Shown in pieces: positions 1 to 11,300 of a DNA stretch of 64,000 bases. Below the pieces are notes generated by a model. That model made no database searches, was not told where the DNA came from, and saw nothing but the letters and a program-made list of their open reading frames with translations. The number at the start of each line of letters is the position of its first letter. The stretch's first letter is position 1. The stretch spans positions 125,115-189,114 of the forward strand of contig JAOPTX010000032.1 in the NCBI GenBank assembly GCA_051532055.1, given 5' to 3'. Both the position numbers and the translations under genes were made by a program. Source of the stretch: Fibrobacterales bacterium. Its GTDB lineage: Bacteria; Fibrobacterota; Fibrobacteria; Fibrobacterales; JAOPTW01.

Positions 1-2
1 AG

Positions 3-923
3 ACCTCATCAGACTCCCAAAGTACACCCTACTCTTCTCAAACTCATAATACAACGTCTTCAACAGATGCATCGACCCCTTCTTCAAGCATCAATAATTC
101 AGCGGTGAACAATTCATCAAGTGAAAGTGAACCACCTGCGAGTAGTAGTAATGGTACAGTAGCTGGCGAACCTGATAGAATTAACACCTTTGTCAGCGGA
201 GACATTGAACATATCTATGGTAAAGGAACCACTCCGGATTCAAGTAAAATACTCAATGGTGCAACAAGCCTCCTAAAAGAGAACCGCTATTTTGACCCAC
301 AAGGCGCCCTCAAACATTGGGACCAGTATGACCCCACTAGTACCTACATCAAAACAACTCAACTATCGACTGATGGCGTCATTAGACAAGTGACCCAGTG
401 GTACGGGCCTGACTCTCTTGATTACATTCAAAATAGAGACACAAACTCCAAACCAACTGACCTTACAAAATACGAAAACAATAAGAAAGTAACGGTTCAA
501 TACTATAACCCTGCAGAACAGATCACTTCACAAATACAGTTCGACTCATTTGAAATCAAAAACGCAGAAATCAATTTTATAAACGGTATTAAAAGTGAGC
601 GTGCCGATTTTTTAAGTGATGGAATCACTCGAGCAACATACACCACTTATGACGATTCAGGCATTGTTGCACAACAAACATCGTACCATCCTGATGGCAC
701 TACTCTTAAAACAGTTAGTAACTATATTCCAAATAGTTCTGGAAGTCAAATGACCCTTCAAAAGTCATATGACACATCTGGAAAGATTACCTTAGAACAC
801 CACTTTCATGCAGAGGGCTGGGAAGAAACACAAATTCAATATGACTATGGGCGAGATTTAAAAGTGGTTATCACTCTTAATGCTGCAGGTGAAATTGTGA
901 ACAGTATAGAGGTTGGGCCTTAA
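3..923 (+). CDS. 5'-truncated protein, probably exported: Ser/Thr-rich linker followed by YD/MORN-like beta-hairpin repeats
   Basis: The frame is open from base 3 (TSSDSQSTPYSSQTHNTTSS...), so the GTG at 105 is probably not the start. Recurrent YDxxG/YxPDG motifs (YDDSG, YHPDG, YDTSG). Confidence 0.6.
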   Translation, partial: TSSDSQSTPYSSQTHNTTSSTDASTPSSSINNSAVNNSSSESEPPASSSNGTVAGEPDRINTFVSGDIEHIYGKGTTPDSSKILNGATSLLKENRYFDPQGALKHWDQYDPTSTYIKTTQLSTDGVIRQVTQWYGPDSLDYIQNRDTNSKPTDLTKYENNKKVTVQYYNPAEQITSQIQFDSFEIKNAEINFINGIKSERADFLSDGITRATYTTYDDSGIVAQQTSYHPDGTTLKTVSNYIPNSSGSQMTLQKSYDTSGKITLEHHFHAEGWEETQIQYDYGRDLKVVITLNAAGEIVNSIEVGP

Positions 924-3211
924 TCAGGCCGCCCCATGAAGGTCATTTCTATCAAATCAGCCATATCAGAACCATTAACTGCAGAAATGCAGATTCTATA
1001 ATATTGATACTCCCCTGGCTGATTTAAGACAAAAGTCAACTCAGTCGATTTAAACCCTATATCAATCCAATCAACATCTACCACAATATTGGACCGGGTA
1101 TCAACTGTGGTCCAGTCTGCATTAGCAATATCATCAGTTACTTTAACACTTGAAGAATTTGCTCCCTGTAAAATCCAATCTTTTGGAAGCCTATCGTTAA
1201 GAGACTCATAGCGTCCACGGAGCACATATTCTAAAACTTTCTGCTGAGTATCAAAAGCATACATCACATTTGCTGTACCTGTACTTATTACCGTGAAGTC
1301 CACTTCCGACCCTGATCCCCACTGAGTCCAGTTAGAAGCACCATCAAAAAGTTTCCACGTTGCAAACCTAGAATCGCTAGTTATGGTATTAGTAGATACT
1401 CTATCATGATCTATCTCTGTTGTAGGTATAGTGATATTTTGAATAGGTTCCTCCATAAGGCTAATCTCTATAATATCTACCAATGATGAGCCATTCACTT
1501 CTTGTACACACAGTCTATAGATTAAATAATCAGCGGGCTTATCCACTGTGAATGCAATGGTGTCGTAACCAGTAGAAGACTGCCACTCATCATTAGTATC
1601 AATGGAAAATTGAGTATCAATAGTAGTCCATGTACTGACATCAACTGCATCTTCTACAGCAACAGTTTCATCATTGGACCCCTGGAGAACCCATTTTTTA
1701 GGAAGGCGATCTTTTAATGTATCATACCGACCCATGATCCGATACTCTTTAATTCGTTTTGTTTCACCAAACCGGTACATATTATTTGCCGTTGAACCCA
1801 CTGTGTCAAATGCATTTGTTGAAACCCAAGCCTTATCCATATCAAACTCTCTGTCAAAAGCCAGCCAGCCAGGATATGACGCATTATATATTGAAGTTGT
1901 CGTAACCTCAATTGACCCCTGACTAGCGGCAACCATAGAATCAGTTGCAACAACAAGTGAAGTATCTATTATGGAAGGAAGGGCCCCTCTCATCACAGAC
2001 TCAGAGGACGATGACACAATCACTAACGAAGAGGATGATACAATAACCGATGAAGAAATAACTATTTCTGGTTCAGAAGAACTCGAAGAGAGAGGAGTGA
2101 CACTCGACAAGAGAGAATCACCACTCGCCGTGTCGACAATTGCTGTATCAACGACTATCAAATCATCTGCTGAAGATAGCAGAATAGGATCCTTATCAAC
2201 CTGCTGCACAACTGAACTCAATAGTGCTGCCGAAGAACTTTGGCCCAAAGAATCTCCAGCGTCCGAACTACTCGGTACTATTACTTTCGATGATGAAAGC
2301 ATAACGCTTGAAGACGAGAGCACCGCCTCTGAAGATGAAAAATCAAATACGATCTCACCATAACTCGACAATCCACTTGAAATAGGGTCGGGACGAGCAA
2401 TACACACACTATTTGTCCAATCAAATACCTGAGTAGCACTACACTCCCGAGCGAGATCGAGAGATTCAACACATTTAAGCGTATCACCCATTGGGCAGCC
2501 ATAAGAGTAGGCTTCAATAATTTTTATAGAGACCGTATCAATCATCTCTTTTCCGTGGTCTACAACAAGCTCATCAACCGTAAACTCTTCTGCAAGTCCC
2601 GTACTCTCGTCACTGGTAATTTTAAATACGATTTCATATTCGCCCTCAGGCATATTTGGAATAACTACTGCACCATTTAAATCACGCACATAGCGAACCG
2701 GCTTACCCGAGACCATCACCTCAACAGTCACCGTAGGGTCTTCTGTTATCTGAAATACAACATCTTTTGCAGGCTTCAATGAAACAGTACTATCAGAATC
2801 GCTCTTATGAGTAAGAGAATCTATCCATACTGAAAAAGCCTCAGTACCCTCATGCCATTCAGCGGTCATAAAATAGTGAGCTGTTGTATCCACTTCAATC
2901 TCTATGCGCCCATTGGTGTCAGTATATTCAAAGTCTACCCAATTATCTGCAACAACCTCTGCAATAGAAGCCTTTGCAGCAAAAGCAGATGTCGCTTCTT
3001 GTGTATCATATTGATACAGTGTAACCAAGGCCCCAGATAAAGTGTCCCCATTGGGACCCGTGATTGTTGCCGTAATAACATTGTCAGTCCCGACTGTAGA
3101 CCCGATATCATCCCCTCCCCGAGCACAATTCAAAACCGCAACAACAATACATGCACCTAAAAATACATTGAAAAAATTATTAAGAAAATGACTACGCATC
3201 TTTGCCATCAT
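920..3211 (-). CDS. Lipoprotein with an Ig/carboxypeptidase-regulatory-like N-terminus, Ser-rich linker and two tandem discoidin (F5/8 type C, CBM32-like) domains
   Basis: Lipobox-like VAVLNC. AAAAGGGA lies upstream of ATG 3211. Poly-Ser linker. Duplicated motif GRYxxLxDRLPKxWxLQGxN...WTTxDT...YR. Confidence 0.7.
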   Translation of the reverse strand: MMAKMRSHFLNNFFNVFLGACIVVAVLNCARGGDDIGSTVGTDNVITATITGPNGDTLSGALVTLYQYDTQEATSAFAAKASIAEVVADNWVDFEYTDTNGRIEIEVDTTAHYFMTAEWHEGTEAFSVWIDSLTHKSDSDSTVSLKPAKDVVFQITEDPTVTVEVMVSGKPVRYVRDLNGAVVIPNMPEGEYEIVFKITSDESTGLAEEFTVDELVVDHGKEMIDTVSIKIIEAYSYGCPMGDTLKCVESLDLARECSATQVFDWTNSVCIARPDPISSGLSSYGEIVFDFSSSEAVLSSSSVMLSSSKVIVPSSSDAGDSLGQSSSAALLSSVVQQVDKDPILLSSADDLIVVDTAIVDTASGDSLLSSVTPLSSSSSEPEIVISSSVIVSSSSLVIVSSSSESVMRGALPSIIDTSLVVATDSMVAASQGSIEVTTTSIYNASYPGWLAFDREFDMDKAWVSTNAFDTVGSTANNMYRFGETKRIKEYRIMGRYDTLKDRLPKKWVLQGSNDETVAVEDAVDVSTWTTIDTQFSIDTNDEWQSSTGYDTIAFTVDKPADYLIYRLCVQEVNGSSLVDIIEISLMEEPIQNITIPTTEIDHDRVSTNTITSDSRFATWKLFDGASNWTQWGSGSEVDFTVISTGTANVMYAFDTQQKVLEYVLRGRYESLNDRLPKDWILQGANSSSVKVTDDIANADWTTVDTRSNIVVDVDWIDIGFKSTELTFVLNQPGEYQYYRICISAVNGSDMADLIEMTFMGRPD

Positions 3212-4055
3212 GTGTCCCTTTTTCGTTTTTCTCACTCATGGGAAAAAACTGGATATTGAGTTGGAATACCCGATCCTTATTCCGAACCTCAGCTTCTTCG
3301 TGAACAATATTAATAATCTCTTCCTGAACTACCATTATTTTCTTCTTAATTCTCATCAAAGCATGGTCAGTGGCGGCCACAGTTTGTGTTATTATATGGC
3401 GTTCCTCCCGAGGGATGTTTTTGAGTGCTTCCTTTGCTTGATCCATCATGAGCCCTTGATAGTCATGAATAGCCTGAACGCCAACCTCCGCTGCCCCCAT
3501 CATAGAAATCTCAGATGGACGCCAAAACCCTTGCTTATCCTCTACAATAAGCTCCAGTTTCTTAAGAAGCGTTACTGTAGCTCGCGCCTCTGCAGATCGT
3601 ATTGGTGGATTTACAAAACGAGCCAACTCTTTAATGTCATCCTTAAAATCAAGAACCGAAAGGGCTTGGTGTACTGCAATATGATACCATTTACTAAAAA
3701 ACTTCATCTGATCTTTTTTAAGTTGCTTTGTACCCGCTGGTTGCAGCTGCATCATTTTTTTAAAAATCAACTCTCTTTCATTTGAATCAGATTCATGGGT
3801 ATAGGCGACAATAAGTTCAAAATAATTGGCTTGTGACCCACTAAGCTTCAATGCTTTCACAAATTTTGGGATATAATTAGGTGTTAAATTATTAACCCCT
3901 TCCACAATATTTTTGTAGAGCCCTGATGAGTTATACCCCGCTATACGCGCAAAGAAGCGATACGAAAATTTCGAATCCACTAGTTTACGTTCACTATAAT
4001 AGTCCCGTAAATAGTGACGATAATTATAGTAGTTAAATATGTCAGGTAACTTCAT
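3192..4055 (-). CDS. TIGR02147 family protein (putative HTH regulator expanded in Fibrobacterota)
   Basis: Family-typical N-terminus IFNYYNYRHYLRDYY...FSYRFFARIAGYNSSG, central WYHIAV and C-terminal VFQLNIQFFP. Confidence 0.85.
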   Translation of the reverse strand: MKLPDIFNYYNYRHYLRDYYSERKLVDSKFSYRFFARIAGYNSSGLYKNIVEGVNNLTPNYIPKFVKALKLSGSQANYFELIVAYTHESDSNERELIFKKMMQLQPAGTKQLKKDQMKFFSKWYHIAVHQALSVLDFKDDIKELARFVNPPIRSAEARATVTLLKKLELIVEDKQGFWRPSEISMMGAAEVGVQAIHDYQGLMMDQAKEALKNIPREERHIITQTVAATDHALMRIKKKIMVVQEEIINIVHEEAEVRNKDRVFQLNIQFFPMSEKNEKGTHDGKDA

Positions 4056-4413
4056 CCCATTCCTACTTTTTCTTAGCTAATAGTTACGCTATTAACGTTT
4101 CTTCGACACCTTATTCTTTCTGCCACAAAGCGAGAACACCCTACTGTATCGAGCAGTAATTCAGATTACAGCCTACAAAGGTCAACAATGACAAAACGAT
4201 CACCACAGCAACCTTCGTAGACTTAACTAACCACTGTTTAAATAATTTTAGAAAAATCTACAAACTAGATGCACTATCAGAACAACATTTTAACTAAAAA
4301 AGTGCTAATTATGTTTAAAAAGGTGTTTAATTCCTATAAAACATTGATTTATTGACTAAATGAGCTCAAAAACAACCACGCACCCGTTTAAACGATTTAA
4401 TGGTACCAATATA

Positions 4414-5205
4414 TTATTTTGGATTTTTAGGATGAATCTCATCAAAAAGTGCCCAAAAAGTATCTACACCAACCGCCTCGGCACGTATCGCCTCTTGAAG
4501 GCCTACTTTTTCGAGACCTTCTTTTATAAGGCCCTTTGGATAAAGTGAACTTAAACTATTGTAGAGTGTCTTTCTTTTTTGAGCAAAACACTGTTTCGCA
4601 AATGCCATAAATTCAGGTGTCAATTCACGACAGTTTTCTTTATGTGTAATCATCATCGTCGCAGACATAACATTAGGTCGTGGAGTAAAGTTTTCAGGCC
4701 CAATTTTACGAAGTACACGAGCATCGGCGTAAGAATTGACGAGAACCGTCAGAAACCCATAGTCTCGACAACCCGGCTCCGCACAGACACGCTTTGCAAC
4801 TTCATACTGCACCATCGCCATAATACCACTACTCTTAGAGAGATGGGGAAGCATCGATGTGAGAATTGGTGTCGCCATGTTATAAGGTAGATTACCAACG
4901 ATGGTTGCTCCAGGATTTTCTTCAAGATACCCTGCGAGGTCAAAGTCGAGAAAGTTCTTGTTGATCACCGTAAGAAACCGATGCTTAAGCTTCACGTTCA
5001 AATACTGCACGCACTTTTCATCAATCTCTACAGCAGTAACATGCCCCGCCTTATTAAGCATCTTATGGGTGAGCGCCCCATGCCCAGGCCCTACCTCTAA
5101 TACAGCGTCATCACGAGTGAGTTCAACATCATCAGCAATTGCCTGAATAATAGCATCATTATTTAAAAAATTTTGACCGAACTTTCTTCTTCTATTTCTA
5201 TCCAT
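4414..5205 (-). CDS. rsmA: 16S rRNA m6,2A1518/1519 dimethyltransferase
   Basis: FGQNFL, LEVGPGHGALT, VGNLPYN, FTPRPNVMS and FAQKRKTL motifs. Confidence 0.95.
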   Translation of the reverse strand: MDRNRRRKFGQNFLNNDAIIQAIADDVELTRDDAVLEVGPGHGALTHKMLNKAGHVTAVEIDEKCVQYLNVKLKHRFLTVINKNFLDFDLAGYLEENPGATIVGNLPYNMATPILTSMLPHLSKSSGIMAMVQYEVAKRVCAEPGCRDYGFLTVLVNSYADARVLRKIGPENFTPRPNVMSATMMITHKENCRELTPEFMAFAKQCFAQKRKTLYNSLSSLYPKGLIKEGLEKVGLQEAIRAEAVGVDTFWALFDEIHPKNPK

Positions 5206-5375
5206 TGTGACTCTCAACTCTTCTCTTATTTATGCATGACCTATGCTGAATATTTTAGTCTATCGGGGAATATAAGTACGTTTTAAGTCCTTAATTTTTG
5301 TAGATTTAACCACTGTGCGGCCCATTGTATTGTGTGCCGGTTTTTAATGTATTAACTGTGATTACCCGGATACTG

Positions 5376-8300
5376 ATGCAGCTTAAACAGTTCAGCGTTA
5401 TTGGCTTCAAATCTACATTATTATGGCTCATAATTGGGTGCTTTTTCATAGGCACAGTAATGGGCTCTACCAGCCAGATTGAATACCTCAAAACTCCGGA
5501 GCGCGTCAAGCCACTCCAAAATATCCTCCCTAAAAAAGGCATTTTAACCCACCCACAATGGGGATACCTTAAATTCCCGGCAAAAAACCTCTCTGTTGAT
5601 CATAAGGTAAACTTTGAAAAACGAGAAATGATAATCACAGCCTCGTTCAATAATAGCCGCAACAAACAAAAAACGGCCCTTTGGAACAGCTACTATCGAG
5701 AACTTGCGACCTACACTCTTGAGATGAATGACCTCATTTTAAACAAAATTTGGCTTGAATCTCTGATTGGTCAAGAAAACCCCAGCTCTGTAGGTCAAGG
5801 CGATACTCACTTTGAACTTGAAATCCCCATTAAAATGCCTCAGTGGCTTAAAGATGTGGGGATACCTAAACCTACAATCGACATTACCGGTGATCTAAAC
5901 ATTCAACTCAAAGGCGTGGGAAAGAAATATACAAGGGACCCCCTTCACAACTCCTTGTGGCCCAATTTTGACCCCAAATTTACACCAAACTTCTCAGTCA
6001 AAGGCTCCATTGGCAAAAACCTTTCTATCCAAATCAATAACCAAGAAGGGTTTCAAATTGCCGATCAATTAAAAATTGTGTATCAAGAATCTGAGCCCAA
6101 TGAATTTGAAGACAACATCATTCAACGCATTGAAGCAGGAAACACCTCCCTCTCTCTCGAAGGAACACGATTAACAGGATACTCTGAAAACCATCAAGGC
6201 CTCTTCGGCATAAAAGGTGAATTTAAGTTTGGTGACCTATATCTCACTGCAATAGCCTCCCAAGAAGGGGGCTCCTCTCATAAACAGTCCCTCAACTCTG
6301 AGTATACCGACAGTGAATTTGCAATTAAAGAGAGTGAATTTGTCGATGGAAAACACTTCTTCTTATCTATGGAAGATCGCAATGAATACAAGACCAAAAA
6401 GGCCCTCGGTGATCAATTAATCCTCAAGACCAAACGGAACCTTACCATTTATGTCTCTGTGCCACGAGAAAACAAAAATGATGGGAGAAACTATTACAAA
6501 GGCCTCACAGGGTACTTTGCTCATAACTTTGCAAACACAAACAATAAATACATCATGAAAGAGCTCAAAAGCGACGAGTTCAACTATGACGCAAAGACCG
6601 GCATACTCTCACTAACACGCCCCTATAGAAGTAGCCGAGTAGGCGCTTGGTGGGAGGATTTGTCTGTGGGCGATAAAATACTCACTCAACCTACAGGCGG
6701 CAATGAAGGTGGCGACAATACCGGTGTTATTATTTTCAAATCAACAACCCTTATACCTGACCTTGATCTCCTCATGCTCCGCAACCGATACGCCGTTGGA
6801 TATACGAGTGAAAGTAAAAATGATTTTCAACTCGAGTTGATAAACAGCAACCAGCAATCGCCAACTAATTTAGTGGCACTCCTTCAGGACACCCTGGGAG
6901 TCACCCTTCCCAAAGATAACGAAAAAGACTTCAACGAACTGACTGGTGAGCTAATCCTCCCCTGTAAAGTAATTCCTCAAACAGTACGGAACAATGCAGA
7001 CTCAGTTTCCTATTACCAAGAAGCGTGTCTTGAACCTATGCGCCATATTATTCCTCAGAGTTCTGCCGACAAACTCTATACCAACAGTGCAACCCTCCGG
7101 AAAAAGTTTGAATCACACTACTCGTTTAAAGTAAAGGGAAAGCGCAAAAATACTCAGATCAATCTCAACAGTGGTACTCACTCCCTCAATTCAGGGGGAT
7201 GTATGGATATTGCAGAAGGATCTGAGCGCCTTACCATTAAAGGGGCCGGAACGGTACTCCAACGCGGCAAAGATTATGATGTACTCTATGAGCTTGGACA
7301 GATAAACCTCACCTCTGATCGCGCTCGTGACCCCAACACCGAAATTGAAGTAGAGTACGAGTGCCAACCTCTCTTTCAAATTGAAAACAAGTTCTTACTC
7401 GGTCTCCGCGCCAAATACCCCCTCGAATCATTTGGCAATGGATCACTTCTTGGTGCTACGATGCTCTACAAAGGGCAATCTCTTAAAGCGCGTCGCCCAC
7501 AATATGATCAAACCCCGTATTCTTCATTTCTCTGGGGGTCAAACCTCTTACTCAAAGATAGCTCACGCTTCATGTCAAAAGCGATCAACATCCTCCCCTT
7601 TATCAAAACGAAATCACCTTCACGCTGGACGCTCGAAATGGAAATCGCCCAGTCCTACCACAACCCAAACACCTCAGGTGACGCACTCGTAGAAGATTTT
7701 GAAGGATCCTCCCGCACAATACCATACAGCATGTATCGCTCATCATGGCATAGAGCCTCTCCCCCACTCAGCACTGACCCCCTAAATCCCCTTGATTATC
7801 GCTATCAAGCACGGGAGTTTATCTGGCACTCGAATCACGAAAAACGAAGAGGCGAAATTTTTTCATCACTAAAAGAGAAGTACGACCGCAATACACGTAT
7901 ACCCATTTTAGAACTCAAAATCAAACCTATTAACCGAGAAGGAAAAAACTGGGGCTCTATAATGAGGGCTAATTCAGACTATGCAAGTGACCTCAGTGTT
8001 GAGTATGAATATATAGAAATCGTTGCAAATGGTACGGGGGGACAACTCCTCATTGACCTCGGGCAAATATCAGAAGATCTCTCAATAAACGGCGATGAAC
8101 CGAACCAAGAGCTCAACTCAGAACAGACAGAAGGAAACATTAGCCCTGATCATGACGACGGACTTGATGGCCTTCCTGATGAATTAGAGAAACGCAAAGA
8201 GTGGCTCTGCTATAGTACTTGTAACACTCCGAACATCATAACATACGACCCTATAACGAATCCAGACCCAGCCCTCGACAACTGGAGTGAGCAAGAGTAT

Positions 8301-11300
8301 GTCTCAGACCCAACTTATCAAATCAACGGCACACAAAACAATGCTGAACGTACTGTCTATGACACAGAAGACATTAGTAGAGACGGACTCCTTCAGACAA
8401 CGAATGCCTTTGTCCGATATACCATTGATTTTTCTGACGACATGATCAATGCTAATAATGGTGTTCAAGTAATTGAGCAGCAGGGCACCGGACAAAACAG
8501 CTGGAAAATTTACCGCATAAATCTCAAAAAGTATAGTGACGTCTATCCTCTTGGAGCGAACCTTACTCAGATTCTACAAAATGCAAAATTCACTCGATTA
8601 ACCCTAACAGGAGCCTCAAGCGAAACAGAGGTGAGACTTGCTCGCTTTAATATCGTTGGGAGCCAGTGGGAAACTGAATTTTTGACCGATGTCGCTACTG
8701 GTGACACGATCAAAACCTTACAAGAGAACTTTACCTCCGATGGCCCAACCTCAACAACGTCTTTCGCCAGTACAACTGAAGAGACTGGTGGCCGTGTTTC
8801 GGTAGATGTTATCGATAACAAAGATGATAATGACATCTACTTCCCCTCCAATAATACTGTTTTTGAAATCGAAGATGATGACACCGGCACGAAAAGAAGA
8901 GAACAGGCACTCATCATCAACTACTCTGAAATTGAACCGGGCCAGCAAGCATTCATTACCCGTAAATTTGAATCGCAACAGTTTGACCTAACCAATTATA
9001 AAAGCCTTAAAATGGAGATCCACCATGTCGATTCAACTCTCGGTGCATTTAATGACCCAGGAGTGCGCTTTGCCATACAACTTGGATCAGATCCAACGAA
9101 CAAAGGTTCGTATTATGAATGGTCGTTTAGACCCACACCTCAAAGTTGTGGTTCCGATGAAGCATGCCATAGCGGCAACTGGGATGACAATGCCTTTGCC
9201 TTAGCACTGAGCGAGTGGCCCAAACTCAAGAACCACTCCGATTGGTCTCCTGTGGTTGACACCTCCATTCGATATATTTTACAAAATGGAACCTATCAAC
9301 CTGCCGACCTTAATTATAAACGACAACTCAAAACCCTCCATGATGCCATTGAAGATTCAGAAGGCACCACTGAACGAGCTGAGATGATCACCCTTCGTGG
9401 AAATCCATCAATAAGCAACATAAGTTGGATGCGTATTGTAATCATCGTGGATGACGAAGAGCTTTCGGATGATCCTCGTACCGTATCAGGTGAATTTTGG
9501 GTTAATGATCTCAGGCTCGATGGTATTCGTGATGGCTGGGGAACATCTGCACGTTCACGAATTCAACTTGAGTTTGGTGATGTTCTCACTCTCAGTACCG
9601 ATGTCACTTATCAAAATGGTAACTTTGCACCTCTGCAGTCTAACTCTGGTTCTGCCAAAAAATCTCCCGCACAATCATCATCCTTGATGCAATACAATGC
9701 AAGCGCCCAGTTTCATCTTAATAAGTTTTTAAAAGACGAGTGGAAATTTAGAATCCCCTTTATGGTTTCAACGAGTATGAATGTCACGCGCCCCTTTACT
9801 AAACCCAACTCAGATATTCTTCTCTCAGATGATGACTTTTTTGATTTATCCAAAGACTTCTATGATCACCTCACTGACCAAGAGAACATCTTTAGTGAAG
9901 ATCAACAAGACACCAATTATATCGGTACTAACCACGGTGAAGAACAAACCTTAAGATCAGAAAGTAAAAGTGAAGGCTTTCAGACTGTACAGCTCAGAAA
10001 ACAACTCAGCGTGAGTTTTGCTAAAGAATATGTCCGGCATAAGTCCCTCCCTGTAGAAATGCTCTCTCAAGTATTACTCGAGCGACCAACACTCTCTTAC
10101 AAGTATGTGGAGTCCGAAAACTTCTCACCAACGTCAATTGATACCAATTATACTTATACCACCTCTGCCAAGTATAAATTTGGTCAATTAAAAGCGAGTA
10201 AATTCCGACCCTTTTCGAGCTTCAAGAGTTCTAAAAATTCTTGGATTAAGTCACTCTCTAAAACATCCTTTTCACCCTGGCCCGAAACATTTGATGTTAC
10301 GCTTGCTGATTTTTCATTTAACAAACGCCTCACCAACAACCGTTCTGTTGATTCTCCTAATTTTACTCATAGAGAGACCGATTACGGACTTGACCTCAAG
10401 CACTCAATCAATATGCGATGGAAAATGTTTAACTTTCTCACCGCTTCTTACGACCTTACTATAAACCGTGACTTTAATGATTTTCATGCTGACTTTGCCA
10501 AAGAGGCGCTTTTTGATAGTGAAAAGGGCGGGGGACTTTTAGGACTTGGACGTATTACAAGTCTCGACACTAACGATCATGCCCGTCGCTATCTCCTCAG
10601 AGATAGTTCAGGAGTCTATGAAGACATCACTTACCAAGATGAACGCATCTCACAATACATAAATTATGACTCAGTCCTTGTTGACCCTGCAGCAATCGAT
10701 GGGTCTGACTATGGCATCTTGCTTAATGAGTTTAAACGATCACAAAATATGAAACTCAATTATAGTCCTCAATTTGTCGATTTTGTCACCACTCGTTTTA
10801 TCCTTGAGTCCCGATTTAATCATGACCGAAACAATACCAACTTTAGTGATGACACTACCGACACGTATTGGACACTCAAACAAACAAATAGTTTTCAAAC
10901 ATCCGCAACTCTCAAACTCCCCCAACTCTTTGACTTTAGTGCTACCAAAGGCATCTCAAAATTTTTAAAAAAAATGAAGTGGTCTAGCCTACGCAGCACC
11001 TGGAAGGTAAATCTCAACACTTCTGGAGAAGAGTATACTTTTGCAGACTTAGAACGCCAAGGCGTCTCAGCAAGTGACTACTATAAGTACTCTTTTGGCC
11101 TCGCTGAAGGTGGTGGTTGGCGCCATCCCGGCAATATCGTCACGGGAACTATGGGCAAAAATAACTGTGAAGACTATACCCATTTTGCTGAATACTGTAA
11201 TCAAGAAATTTTTTACCTTCAAAACCCTTCCGATTCTAATGGATTCAGAAATAAAAATCAACTCATCAACAAACACCTTCTACCCACACCACGTGTGGGC

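Noticed and set aside
4056..4413. ncRNA or operator array upstream of TIGR02147
   Set aside because: Only short TGTTT/AACA motifs are present, as expected in AT-rich DNA; no convincing stem or repeat.
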